The translations under genes were made by a program, and so were the position numbers. This document shows, piece by piece, positions 32,277 through 47,595 of a DNA stretch of 64,000 nucleotides (positions are counted from its first letter, which is position 1; each line of letters begins with the position of its first letter). The notes beneath the pieces are model-generated. The model was not told where the DNA came from. It did not search any database and saw only the letters and a list, made by a program, of their open reading frames with translations. This DNA is from the human T2T-CHM13v2.0 reference genome, Homo sapiens, in NCBI RefSeq assembly GCF_009914755.1, contig NC_060930.1; one strand, given 5' to 3'.

Positions 32277-32322
32277 ATCCGCCTGTCTTGCTTTGATGTA
32301 ATTACCGGAAACAAAGTTCTTT

Positions 32323-34226
<1,904 letters not shown>

Positions 34227-34353
34227 TTAAAAGAATTATTCCAGACAAAGAGCAAGAGTACAATGTGTATCTTCCAGGATACTTGCCCATTGGTTTATAT
34301 ATGTTCTTATGTTTGTGGAGAATATCTTTCTTGTGAGTTCTTTATGATGATCA

Positions 34354-34687
<334 letters not shown>

Positions 34688-34894
34688 TGAAATTATTCTA
34701 ATAACATAAATTAGGATCTAAATCCATAAAATTGTAATCACAGAGTTATGCTGTTACAGAGTCCACACAATGCAGATCCTCCAAATAAAAAACAAAAGGC
34801 TTTACCAATGTTTCTTAGCCTCATCCATACCTCCTTTATCCTAGAAATTTGCCTCATGCTCATTTCCATTTTAGCCCAGTGTCTTCAGTTGTTC

Positions 34895-35450
34895 ACGCAT
34901 TCATTTAGTGAGTTAATCAGCCAAAGTGTCAAACACTAAAATAAAATAACATTTATTTTACAGATGCTGATAAAGATTCTACTGTATGTCAGAATCCATG
35001 TTAGATACTGGGGATACGAAGAGAAATCAAACAGGATCCCATCCCCAGAAAGGAGACAGACAAAGAAACTGATGGTTGAAACGGCAAATGTGGAGAGTTG
35101 TTCAGGGTGCCATAGGAGCACATATAGGTAAACTTAACCTAGGGATACTGCAGGCAGGATTGGAAGTGAGAAGTAACACTTGAGTGGTCTTGATAAACGA
35201 GTAAGAAATTAGTTTGGTGAGGAAAGCTAGATCGCTCATGGGGAAAACAGCTTGTTTTTCAGGAGCATGAAAACCCCAGAGAACAGGGATACAAAGTAGT
35301 CCCATGGAGGGGTGTGGGTGTTGCCAAAAAATACAATGAATGTAATAAACCAGGGTCAAACATGAACGATATTCAAAGAAACTGGACTTCATCTTAAGCA
35401 ACAGAATGTCAAAATAATCTATAAGTAGATTATTCTTTATGATCAGCCAG
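34895..35450 (-). mobile_element. L2 fragments
   Basis: cattcatttag..., ctactgtatgtcag...gatactggggatac, gggtgccataggagcaca. Confidence 0.6.
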
Positions 35451-35870
35451 TTATTTAGGTAGAAAAGAGCCAGCACTGACTCACAGGTTTCTGATGTAGA
35501 CAACAGATATGGTTTGGAAGACAAGATGTTGGGTACAAGTTTGTTTATACTAACTTGAGGTGAAAATTTGTTTGTTCTGAGCCTTTTTCTGGATGGAACA
35601 TAAAGTTTTCTTAAATATTTTTTATTTTGTTGTAGTGGTGACCTCATGATTGTCTTCTCATATCTTTCCCAACTCATTGGAGTTTTAGGTTGTGCTGTAT
35701 CATTCCTTAATAGAATAAAGGTTGTTTGAAGAATTTGAGTCAAAACACGAACTACATGAATTTTCAATGGAGGGGGAATGAAAACCAAGTGAAAGATTTT
35801 CAGGATGGGAAGCACTGTTTTGATAGTGATATCTAGGACTGCTTTATTAATGAAAATATGTATCAAGTGT

Positions 35871-35895
35871 TGTGTGTGTGTGTGTGTGTGTGTGT
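35871..35895. repeat. (TG)n microsatellite
   Basis: About 12 perfect units. Confidence 0.95.
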
Positions 35896-36010
35896 ATGTC
35901 TATGTGTGTCATTCAGGTGCTGGAAACACAGTGGTGGGAAATGATTCTTGCTTTCATGGAGCTTACAGTAGAGTGGAGAAATAGACCTTAACCATATGTT
36001 TATGTAAATA

Positions 36011-36678
36011 CAGTCTATCCTCATTATTTGCAGATTCTGTATTTGCAAATTTGTGAGTGCTAACATTTATTTATAATCCCAAGATCAATACTCACTGAAC
36101 TTTTACAATTATTCACGGGCATGTACAGAGGGGCAAAAAATGTTGGTGGCTGCCGTGCACACTCCAGGCTGATGTCAAACAAGGTGACACTCTGAGTAAG
36201 CATTTTGTTTCAGCTCTGTGCAAACCAATGTTCTTTTTGTGGCCTATTTTGTGTTGCATTTGTTTTGCATTTTGTGCTTTTTTTGGTGATTTTGTTGCTT
36301 AAAACAGTGCCCAACCCTAGGGCTGAAGTGCTGTCTAGTGTTTCTAAGCACAAGAAGGCCATGTTGTACCTTAGGGAGAAAATGCATGTGTTAGGTAAGC
36401 TTTGTTCAGGCATGAGTTATAAGCACCAATGTGAGCTCAATGTCAGTGAATCACCAGTACATATTAAATAAGGTGGTAACAAGCAGAGCAAGTGTAGATG
36501 TTGTCCAGAAACACATACAAAACAAGGTTATATATTGATCAATTCTCAAAAATGTGACCAGAGGCTCCCAGGAAACTAACTCTGTATTTCTCCTAGGAAC
36601 AATTATTCAGTATTCACTAACTCAGTGTTGGTGGCAACTTCATAGACCATAACTACCGTGGATAATGAGAACTGACTA
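36011..36678 (-). mobile_element. MER82 (TcMar-Tigger) DNA transposon inside L2
   Basis: TIRs cagtctatcctcattatttgc / gtggataatgagaactgacta; TA target duplications at 36009-10 and 36679-80; L2-like flanks at 35910-36010 and 36680-37080. Confidence 0.85.
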
Positions 36679-37789
36679 TACATATAAAATTACAATTAAG
36701 GTAAGTGCTTTTCAGAATAAGCGGTTGGTATTAGGTAAGTGTATGTTTTTGTTTATGGAGAAGGCAGATATAGCATTGAGTTAGGTTGTCCGGGAACATA
36801 TTCCTGAGGATATGGTGTGGTGTTAGAGTATAAAAGTAGAATAGGGTTTAATAAGATTAAAACAGAGTGGATGTGTCATCCCAGACCTATGGAACAGACT
36901 CCTTGGTGAGAAAGCATGGTTTTTATCAAGGACCTGAAAGAAGCCAGTGTCACTAGAGCTTAGCATTGAGCCATAATCATCAAGAGAGGTCTAGATTATA
37001 CAAAACCTTATAAATACTCAGTCTAAATACTAAAAAGCCATTGAGAGGGGCAACTGGTGGCAATGATAAAAATAAAAAGTAGTTTTTATTTTTGAAAAAC
37101 ATTTATCTAGCAAAGAATAACTCAGAGATGACAGCTTAGACAACTGCAAAGGCAGAAGACAGAAAGGGAGGAGATTAAACCTGTATTTAAGGCCATCTAA
37201 GGAAACTGAAAGGTGTTTCTGTGACTGGACAGACAGTAGCTAAAGATAAAATAAGGCCAGTAACTAAATTTAACAGTTTGACTCAAGGTGACAAAGTGGC
37301 AGCCTATTCTAACACGAATGAGAAGAACAAAGATAAATCACTTTTCATATTTTAATCTCATTTGGTGAAAAATCCACTTTATATTCAAAAAGTAGGAACC
37401 CATTTTTCTTTTTTCAGGAGTGAAATGAGGGTTAATCCACAGGAGAATAAACAATTGTGGCCTCATAGCATACGAGATTACTTTTCTTTCATGGATAGAA
37501 TATAATTAAATGCAAGCAGTTTTTAATGGAAAGAGTGGAAAACTTTTATTTGCCTAATTTGTGGAGGTAGCAATTATTGTTGGTTTAATCCTATTTTAGG
37601 ATATTATATGCATATTATCTCTTCTTTTTTATTTTTTTTCAGAAAGACAAATACCTTCTTCAGTACCTTATTTTTATTTTTGCTTTCTGAGATTCTTGGT
37701 TATATGTTATGGCTTTTAAATAAATATTTGTATGATTCAGAACAGGTCACTTTTTTGACTCAGAAACTAATCATCTGAGAATGGTTTTT

Positions 37790-37900
37790 GAAAATCATGG
37801 ATTTATATAGTCAGAAAGTTCTTTAAAGATTACCAAAGGCATATCTTCAATTTTAGAGAGGAGTAAAGTGAAGCCCAAAGCGATGAAGTGACTTTGAATC
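37790..37900 (-). mobile_element. MIR fragment
   Basis: attttagagaggagtaaagtgaagcccaaagcgatgaagtgactt. Confidence 0.55.
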
Positions 37901-40048
37901 ATTGATTTGTAGCATTCCTTTAACCAGACCATGTACCTCCATATTGCACAACTCCTGCAGGGTACAGCCTCTGAGCTCCTGCAAAGCTGCCCTGTGGGAC
38001 TTCAGGTTCCTGCTTCTGAGACCAGGGCACTTCTACAATAGGTGGTTTTCAAGAGCCACCTTATTAAGTTAAAGCACCCAACTGAGTCATCATCCTCACA
38101 AAAATCCATAATGTAATATTTGCTTTACGCTTTGTGAGATCAGCACTTAGATATATACATGCTGATGATTCTCAGTATGTATACAAAGGCAGTTTTCTGA
38201 AAACTACTAAATTTCTGAGCCGTAAAATAAACAAGCAGAGTAAGTGTCAGTGGCCATTAATTATCTGAAGTCCTGTGAAACTTCGACATGTTTTAAATCT
38301 CTGCTTTTAGAAATTTCTGAGTTTTAAATTTCATGCTTCAGCCATGCCGGTGATGAGAAAAGGAGGCTCTGCTTTTTGTCGTGGTGTGATGGATGCTGAC
38401 TTCCTAGAGTGCAGAAGGTGTTTTTTTTTTTTTCAGAGAAGAGGCAATTATTTGCATAATAGTCTTTGCCAAGCACTCTGCCTTCCTTTGAGATGAAGAA
38501 CATTTCAAATATTGTACAATTAACTGTCATCAGCTACTGTGTTGTGATTCACTCTCTCTGAAAGAATATATAACAAGGACATGGAAATAATTCCCGAAAC
38601 AATTCACAGGTTTGAGATGCAATAAGAAATTCAAGTATCAGTCCCAAAGTGGCAAGCAGAACTTTAGACTTTGTTAACTGAAAAAGTAAGTGATTCATAG
38701 AGTTGGGGAAAGTTATTTTAGAAAAAAATGAAAGCAAGAGAAAGGAGGCAAGTATACTATTTTCTTCATCTTTACAGATGACACAGTTGGATATCAGTTA
38801 TACCAGTTTTGTTTTTGCTTTGCCTCAGAAATCTTCAATACCAACACTTTAAAAAAGCCTAAAAGTCAACTTGGAAGGAGCTATTTAAATAGAGCTACTA
38901 AGTCCAGAGGCAAGTCAGATTTCATGTGAAGTTTATAGTTTTTCTTTGCTGGTTGGATTTTCCAATCACATGCTATGTTTATAACAGCCTTTAAACTGCT
39001 GTATTTCAGGTTCCTTCAGGTCGTCTACTTCAAATCTTCCATGTTTGTCCCTGAAACTTAGTTCTCATGTGTGGTTGGAGTATTTGGCCACCTCTGTGGT
39101 ATCATTTGAAAAAAATGGAAAAATACATGAAATTTTGATATATCCCAATTAGGCCTGGAGTTTATATGCCATAAGATTCACTCTTAGAGAGCGTATTTAA
39201 ATTAAAAGCATTTTCTACATATCCCGTAGACATACACCCAAGAGGGAAGTATCTTAACCATGGATAATCAATAATGCCTAAATATGCACTAATTTATCAA
39301 CTACCCTTTACAGGGACATTCAGTGAAAAAAGAAACTAAATTATCCAGAAATCACTTCTTTACCTCTAATTTATCCATCTTAATGGCAATAATGCTGCCA
39401 TGTCTTTTTGTCTCTGTTCCTCCCACAGTATAATTGTAGGTTTTTCTCCAAACTCATGTATCATAATGTGTTTTCAAACAACATAAATCTTGTCTTTAGC
39501 AGTGAATATAATTAAGTAGAATTACTTTCCATAAGCTGATATCACTGAATGTAAAGACAATGACAAAATACTTTCTATGTTGAACTAACCATGTGTGGAT
39601 CTTATAAAACACTTTTCTCTGGATATCCGTGGTGTCTTTTGGCCCTAAGTAAGTTAAAAAGGGACTTTTGATCTTCTCCTTTAGCCTATAAACTTTCCAC
39701 AGGTGGAGACTCTGCAGATTACTGAATTAACTCATTTACACTTTAATATTTAAAATGTTAATAAAGTATTGGATGAACATGGCTAAAAGATCAAATAGTA
39801 GAGAAAGGCATATCTGTTAGTAATGTTTACAAATATGAGTAACACAAAACCAACTAACTACAAGAGGTTTAAACCATGGAGATGTTCTTTTATTTTCTTC
39901 TTATATTGAGGACTCAAGATAGGTAAGTGTGAGGTTGGACTGGTGACTGTACACAGCCATCAGGCCCAGATTCTCTTTCTGCTGTGACATACCCATCATG
40001 TCATCATTTGTCATCATGTCCTTCACTTATTGTAAAAAGTGACCTTTA

Positions 40049-40403
<355 letters not shown>

Positions 40404-40546
40404 CTATTCTTTCTATGGATTCTATATTGCAGAATTCCAAAAATCTATGTCTTTATCCAACCAAGAAAGGCAATGAAATAATATTGGGATATAAGAAGGG
40501 TTTGAGAAAGGAAGAAGCATAATGCGCTAAATTTCTCTCATACATC

Positions 40547-41158
40547 TGTTGTTAAACTCTGTGAAATATTTGAAAAGATTTATTCTGAGCCAGATGTAAG
40601 TGACCATGGCCCGTGATACATCCTCAGGCAGTCTGGACAACTTGTGCCCAAGGTGGTTAGGCTACCACTTGGTTTTATATGTTTTAGGGAGACATGAGAC
40701 ATCAATCAAATACACTTAAGCTATACATTGCTTTGGTCCAGAGAAGTGGGACATCTTGAAGTAGGCATTCCAGGTTATAGTTAAATTTAAAAATTTTCTG
40801 ACTGGCATTGGTTGAAAGAGTTATTAGAAATAGAAAGGAATATCTGGGTTATGATAAGATGTTGGGGAGACCAAAGTTTTATCTTGCTGATGAAGCCTCC
40901 AGGTAGCTACCTTCAGAGAGAATAGAATGTAAATATTTCTTATCAGACTTAAAGGCTGGGTTGATGTCAAATTGCTGGTCTGCTATTCCTGAATTACAAA
41001 AGGGAAGACAGCATAATGGGGCATGTCCAGCTCCCCGCTTCCTGTCATGACCTGAACCCGTCTTTCACGTTAAATCTGGAGGGCCCTGGTCCATTATGGG
41101 TCCATTTAGATGGTTGCAGGGCAAGTGGAAGGGCTTCAAATTTTATTTTTGGTTTACA
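40547..41158 (-). mobile_element. MER4A/B-type ERV1 solo LTR
   Basis: aaactctgtgaaatatttgaaaagatttattctgagcc...gagacatcaatc...ttttatttttggtttaca. Confidence 0.85.
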
Positions 41159-41285
41159 ACCCCCAGACCAACAATTTCCACTTCCCATTATAAAATAAGA
41201 TCCATCCACAACCTGATTCGTCCGTAAATTATTTTGATTTTGCCTTCTTCTCTATTAACAAAAATGACATTTTTATAACAAATAA

Positions 41286-41986
41286 TGTAACCACCCACGG
41301 GGTTCTTCTTGCCCACTGTATGTAAAATAAAGACCATGGCACTGCAGTAGGAAAGAGTTTAATAGACATAAGGCTGGCCAAGCCATGTCGGAAATAGAGC
41401 TAGTACTCAAATCATCTCTTCCAAAGCTCTTAGGTTAGGTGTTTTTCAAACTCAATTTGGGGAAAGGGGTGGGGGTAGCTTGGCTTGCTACTGATTGATT
41501 AGGGCAGAGATGAAATCATAGTGGGTCAAAGCTGTCCTTTTGTGGGCTGAATAGCTTCTAAGTGGGGCCACGAGAGCAGAGTTGGTGGTCCAGGTGGAGC
41601 CATGGGTGTGAGACATGCAAAAAACCTGAAAGACGTCTCAAAAGGCCAATTTACAATAGTGTGTTGTCTGCAGGAATAACTGGGGAAGTTGCATTTCTTA
41701 TAGCCTCTGGAATAACGGCTGACAATCTTTCCTGCCTGTGCCTTAGCAGGACTCAGGTTCCTCTCCTGCCCGCGGCCTGATGACCTCCTATTCTCTTTTA
41801 ACAAGCTGGTGAGTTTTGGGTAAAGCCTATTTATCATTTAAACTATAGCCTAAATGTCTTCCAAGGTTAGCTCAGCCCAGTAGCCTAGGATTAATTAAGG
41901 GAAAGGCAAGATGTGGGGTGGGTTAGCTCAAATCTCATTCACAGTCATAATTTTCTCAGTGATATCATTTTTGCAATGGCAGTTTA
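41286..41986 (-). mobile_element. LTR8-family (LTR8B-like) ERV1 solo LTR
   Basis: tgtaaccacccacggggttcttc...gtcataattttctcagtgatatcatttttgcaatggcagttta; probable TSD ataa. Confidence 0.75.
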
Positions 41987-42069
41987 ATAAGGACATGCCT
42001 GAAGCACAGTAAGATCCACATTCCTCGCAAAGTCTAGCTCATCCTGGTGTGTCTTATAATAGGACTGTT

Positions 42070-42375
42070 GTTAATATTACACTGACTGCTTTCTCTCAGC
42101 TCCACCTTACTCAGCCACAGGCTTCCTCACTTGGGCACTCGGGACATGCCCAGGGTCTTCGGTTTGCTTTTTCTTCAGACTATCTTGTTCTTCCCCATTG
42201 ACATTTCAATTGCTATTCTCTCACTTCCTTCAGGCCATTATTCAAATGTTGTTTCTCAGGCTTTGCCTGGCTGCCCTTTCTACAATTGCCACACCCCCAA
42301 ACTCAGCGCTTTCCATCATTCTTCTTCCCTTGATTTATTAGGCAATATACTGAATTCTTCATATTTACATTTTTT
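42070..42375 (+). mobile_element. L2 fragment
   Basis: ccagggtcttcggtttgc..., tcacttccttcagg...ttcaaatgtt. Confidence 0.55.
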
Positions 42376-42982
42376 CACCTAATTTTTTTTTTTTTTTGAG
42401 GGATGGGATTTTTGCCTCTGCATTCAGTGTGGTAACTCTGGTACGAAAACAGTTTCTGGAACTTGGGAAATATGTATTCAATTTCTTCAATGAATAAAGG
42501 TAGCCTGAGGGATGGAGGGGTTGGGAAAACTGAGCTTTGTTTCAGGATCTCAGATGGAAAGCTAGGTGAAGGTGGCAGAGCAACCAAGATCTGTTGCTGT
42601 TTGTCCTACATGTGGTTTCCCTTTTTCTCGTTTTCTATCTGGAATTGACTATTGATGTTTCATATTTTTTTTCTTTCCACTGTTGAGTATTATGTGTGTT
42701 TAGGGGAGGCTTAGATTTATTTTGGATAAAAAAAAATAGCCAGGATTATTTGCTATGGAGCCACTGTCTCACAAGCTGAATTATGTGGGCCAGAGGGAAA
42801 GGGGAGCTGGCTTTGCTGTCCTTCATCTTTCCTGTTTCCCTACCCAGCTTCTGCCACTGTCTACTCAAAATAGAAGCTAATATGAGCAATGTCAGAGCTT
42901 CCTCCATGAAACTCAATGAAATGATTTTAATAATGAGATCAACGGCAAGCTTTAGAAGAGAAGGTGCATATATTCTTGATAA

Positions 42983-43011
42983 TGTTAAACCAAGTTTAGC
43001 CTAAAGCTGCC
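42983..43011 (+). mobile_element. MER57A LTR 5'-terminal 29-bp stub
   Basis: tgttaaaccaagtttagcctaaagctgcc is 28/29 identical to the reverse complement of 56211-56239. Confidence 0.85.
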
Positions 43012-43198
43012 TGGTATGGTTAGGCTTTGTGTTCTCACCCAAATCTCACCCCAAATTGTAATCCCCATAATCCCCACATGTCAAGGATGGGACTAGGTGG
43101 AGGTAATTGAATCATGGGGGCGGTTTCCCCCCTGGTGTTCTCATGATACTGAGTGAGTTCTCATGAGATCTGATTAAGCATCTGGCATTTTCCCTGCT
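43012..43198 (+). mobile_element. THE1D/MSTA-like LTR, 5' half only
   Basis: tggtatggttaggctttgtg...cccaaatctc...gagttctcatgagatctga; similarity ends abruptly. Confidence 0.85.
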
Positions 43199-43485
43199 AT
43201 GTGCTTCCTTAAAGTGTTTGATTATGTCACATTTAGCATAAGTGACTCTATTTTGTTTTGGTCTGGTCTGTTGGGGCCTGGTGCATGAACTCAGACCAAA
43301 ACAATGGCCTCCCATAATTTGCTTAAAAACTGCCCCATTTTGGTCAGGTTCTTACTTAGGTGAGAGTGTGACCAAAACTTAGGACCTTAGCACCACTCTC
43401 TGTTACCATCATTTTGCGTTTCTGGTCTCAGCATGTAATTCACAGGTTATATGCCCTTATGGTCACACATTTCTTTCAGCTCTTG

Positions 43486-43692
43486 TTACTCCAGTTGAAG
43501 AGAGACCATTTGACATTCTAGAGATGGCTGCATGCAAACATTTAAAATTTTTGAGAGAATACAGTGCACCAGGAAGACTACTATTACGACTATCAGGAGA
43601 ATAATACCAAGAGTTTGCAGTATGTTCTTTAGCCAGGGTTGCCTTAAACCAAACCAAGAGAAATCAAATAGATCAAAGAATGAACTAGACAA
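43486..43692 (-). pseudogene. Retroviral env TM-subunit C-terminal relic (membrane anchor)
   Basis: FSWFG-x3-PWLKNILQTLGIILLIVVIVVFLVHCIL: W-rich membrane-proximal stretch plus hydrophobic anchor, at the expected 3' position of the minus-strand provirus. Confidence 0.65.
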
Positions 43693-44673
43693 AGAATCAA
43701 CTCACTTTAAGTAGTCTCTTTGTTAATCGCCTATAACTGATTCTTTATACTATCCCATGTGATGAATTTCTCCATGGGGAACAAGAAGTGCCAGATACTT
43801 CTCTGTTTAGCCAGTAAGTAGCTTAGAGCAATTCTATTATTTAGCATAACTTTCACAAGATAATTTCAAGTCTGTTGTGTAGTCACAGCCTTTATACTAG
43901 GATCTGCTACAGAGTCTATCATGAGGGATAAATCGCCTTATTTACTCCAATACGTGGAAAAAAGGACCTAACAAATGAAGCCATTCTAGAAGAGTGAAGA
44001 TCCTCTGGCAATATTGTCTTTAACCCATGATGTAGGTTAAGAGAAGTGGACCAATGTTCTGTTTCTGACTGACTATGAAGCTATATATGTACCATTAAAA
44101 TTTCTCACATACATTGGGTCTTCATCTTCCATCTATCAAGGTGTAAGGTTATCCATGTATAAGACTGGTTGCAAAATCCTTCACAAATAAAATTATAACC
44201 CTATGAGTGCATACAACCAATCCCCTTTTCACTTTTATTGTTCATAGAGGCATAAACAAAGGAAAAAAAATGAAAGATAAGTGTCGTATGATAGTAGAGA
44301 AGTCTTGCTCCATGATCGTCAGAAAAAGTTGTTTACGTCATGGATGCCATCTTCTTTTGGGGAGAAACTTCCCTGGTTAGCTTTACCTTAAGGTTTCCAA
44401 TAGCTGTACAGTTCCAACAGTGTGGAGGGACCCTTCTGAGTTGTGAGATTATGAACACAAGGTTAAAGATCCCAAAGTATTGCTTCAATGTGGATAGCCA
44501 GGGCAATCTTTCTGTGATGTTCTCAGAAGAGCCAGTCTTTGGGTTCTAGATTGAGAAGTGGTTGATTGTTCTCAGTCAGTGAACCATGAAAAACTTTCTT
44601 TACCTGGTGAAAATACACTGTGGCATAATGAGCTACTATTACAACTTCAGCCCTCTTTCATGAGAAAGCTTTT

Positions 44674-44971
<298 letters not shown>

Positions 44972-45151
44972 GAGAAAGCTTTTATACAACAAGAAAACAT
45001 GCATTGAAAATGACAATTGAAAAAAATCCGTCTATAAATGATTAAATGGCCCATCAGGTAGCAGAATTCACCTGAAGTTTTGATTTTCCTCTCAGGAATA
45101 TGAGTTTGACAAGCCAAACTTTGGTCATAAACTATTTTAGCAATTTAAAAG

Positions 45152-45697
45152 TCTGAACTCCAAATATCTGAGATAGATCTCAGTCAATTTAGGAAGTTTA
45201 TTTCATCATAATTAAGGTTTTGAACGTGTCCAGAGGAGGTCCTGATGACATGTAGCCAAGCTGGTCGGGTCACAGCTTGGTTTTACACATTTTAGGGAGA
45301 CATGAGACATCAATCAATATATGTAAGATGTACATTGGTTCCATCCAGAAAGGTGAGGACAACTCGAAGCGGAGAGGCGGCTTCCAGGTCATAGGTAGAT
45401 AAGAGACAAACTGTTGCATATGTTTGAGTTTCTGATGAGCCTTTCCAAAGGTGGCAATCAGATATGCATTTATATCAGTGAGCAGAGGGGTGACTTTGCG
45501 TTCTGCCTGTCCTTTGTCAACAAGGAAATTCCTTGTGAGGTAGGTATATAGCTTTTTCATCTTAGTAGTTTTTGTTTGTTTGTTTGTTTGTGTTTTTGGA
45601 ATAGAATGGGAGGCAGGTTTGCCCTAAACAGTTCCCAGCTTGACTTTTCCCTTTGGTTTAGTGATTTTGGGGTCCCAAGATTTATTTTCTTTTTACA
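45152..45697 (-). mobile_element. MER4A1-type solo LTR nested in MER57-int
   Basis: tctgaactccaaatatctgaga...gggtcccaagatttattttctttttaca; TSD aaag/gaag. Confidence 0.88.
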
Positions 45698-47040
45698 GAA
45701 GTCACCACACCAATATATATATTTAATCTGGATTATTTTATGTTTCTATGACGAGCCATAAAATGCAGAACTTTTAATAACAAAAGCTTTAAGGACTCAG
45801 GAAAGACAACGCAGCCATCCTGATTTTCAATGCGCCCATGCTTAACATTGGACTTATATTCTCTTGAATACCAGCTGTTTCTCCAATTTAGGTGGAGAAC
45901 ACTGTTAACTGATGATTTAGCATAGGTAATTTGACTTAAACCATGGAATTTATTCAAATTGTATATATTTAGCATGGAAATCTGTCAAAGTATTTTCTTG
46001 CTATTCAGTTAAATTTGTCCTGCTTGGTTTACCAGCTTTATAAACCAATCAGTCTCTTCATTAAAGTTCCAGGAATTCTTACCCAGTCTAAACGATATGA
46101 TTCTAAAGTTATTAGAAACCTTTACTGAAGAGTGCTTCTCAGGGTACTTTCATCCTCTCATTAACCTCCTTAAAGATACTATATTCTAGGATTTTGCATG
46201 CTTGTGAAGTTTTCAGAAACTGAATCACAATTAAGTTATGAACTGTGGAAATGACTATAAATAATCAGTTAAAGACATAGTTGACAAGGAAATTTGGTTA
46301 TTTTTGTGGTCTCCAGTAACTTAACATAGTCACCATAATTACGATCGTTAGCACATAGTGAGACATATTAGAAGTTTAGAAATCCCATACAATTTTGGAA
46401 CATATATTAATAACAATCATCAATATATAACCTGACATATTTGTCAAATATGTCAAAGGTTTAAAACATTTGATCAAAATAGGATCACAGGTTACTGTAA
46501 AACAATAGCCATTCATTCAGTCACAGTGATAATTGATTTTTTTAAACAAAAACTTGTATTCTTTGATAAAGGAGACTCAGACAGTTTTCCAAACAATCAA
46601 AAGACCTTTTGATTTTTCCTTTTTATCTTTTTTTCTTTTTGCAATTTACACAAAAGGTTAATAAAAATATTTTACTCTTTTTAACACTACACATAATTTT
46701 TGTTCAAAAGAGAAAATCAAGTTTTACCTGTGTATTAGCATATTATTAATACTAAAACTAATTTTAATACAACCTCATTAATTAAGTTAACAAAGCTGCC
46801 ATCTTTCAACCACACAATAGTTCCATAAACCCTTTGTTTTACAGTTTTATCCAACTTTTTATATTCATCTTGCTTCATCTATTTTTTCACTCCTTCAGTT
46901 TGAAACCTTTAAGTTACTTCAAACCAGACAAAATTTTTAACACACATTTTTATGCCTTCATAACTTTCCTCTTCAAACACATATCTTGCTTTTGTTCATA
47001 TACTTTGTGTATACAAAAGTGTTTCTCTCATATCTGGTAG

Positions 47041-47595
47041 TGTTACAGGAAAGGGGTCTTAATCTAGACCCCAAGAGAGGGTTCTTGGATCTCGTGCAAG
47101 AAATATTTCAGGCTAAGTTCATACAGTAAAGTGAAAGCAAATTTATTAGGAAAGTAAAGGAATAAAAGAATGACTGCTCCACAGACAGAACAGCCCTGAG
47201 GGCTGCTGGTTGCCCATTTTTTATGATTATTTCTTGATGATATGCTAAACAAGGGATGGATTATTCATGCTTCCTCCTTTTAGACCATATAGGGTAACTT
47301 CCTCATGTTGCTATGGCATTTGTAAGCTATTATGGCACTGATGGGAGTGTAGCAATGAGGGCAAGCAGAGGTTACTCTCATTGCCATCTTGGTTTTGGTG
47401 GGTTTTAGCCAGCTTCTTTACTGCAACCTGTTTAATCAGCAAGGTCTTTATGACCTGTATCTTGTGCCAACCTCGTATCTCATCACGTGACTTAGAATGC
47501 CTTAACTGTCTGCGAATGCAACCCAATAGGTCTCAGCCTCATTTTACCAAGCCCCTCCTCAAGATGGAGTTGCTCTGACTCAAATGCTTCTGACA
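47041..47595 (-). mobile_element. MER41A 3' LTR
   Basis: tgttacaggaaaggggtc...caagatggagttgctctg...tctgaca; polypurine tract adjacent on the minus strand (tttccctgctccc on +). Confidence 0.9.

Noticed and set aside
31844-32314. Four overlapping ORFs (KERKKE..., SFLSFF...)
   Set aside because: The microsatellite lacks stop codons in every frame.
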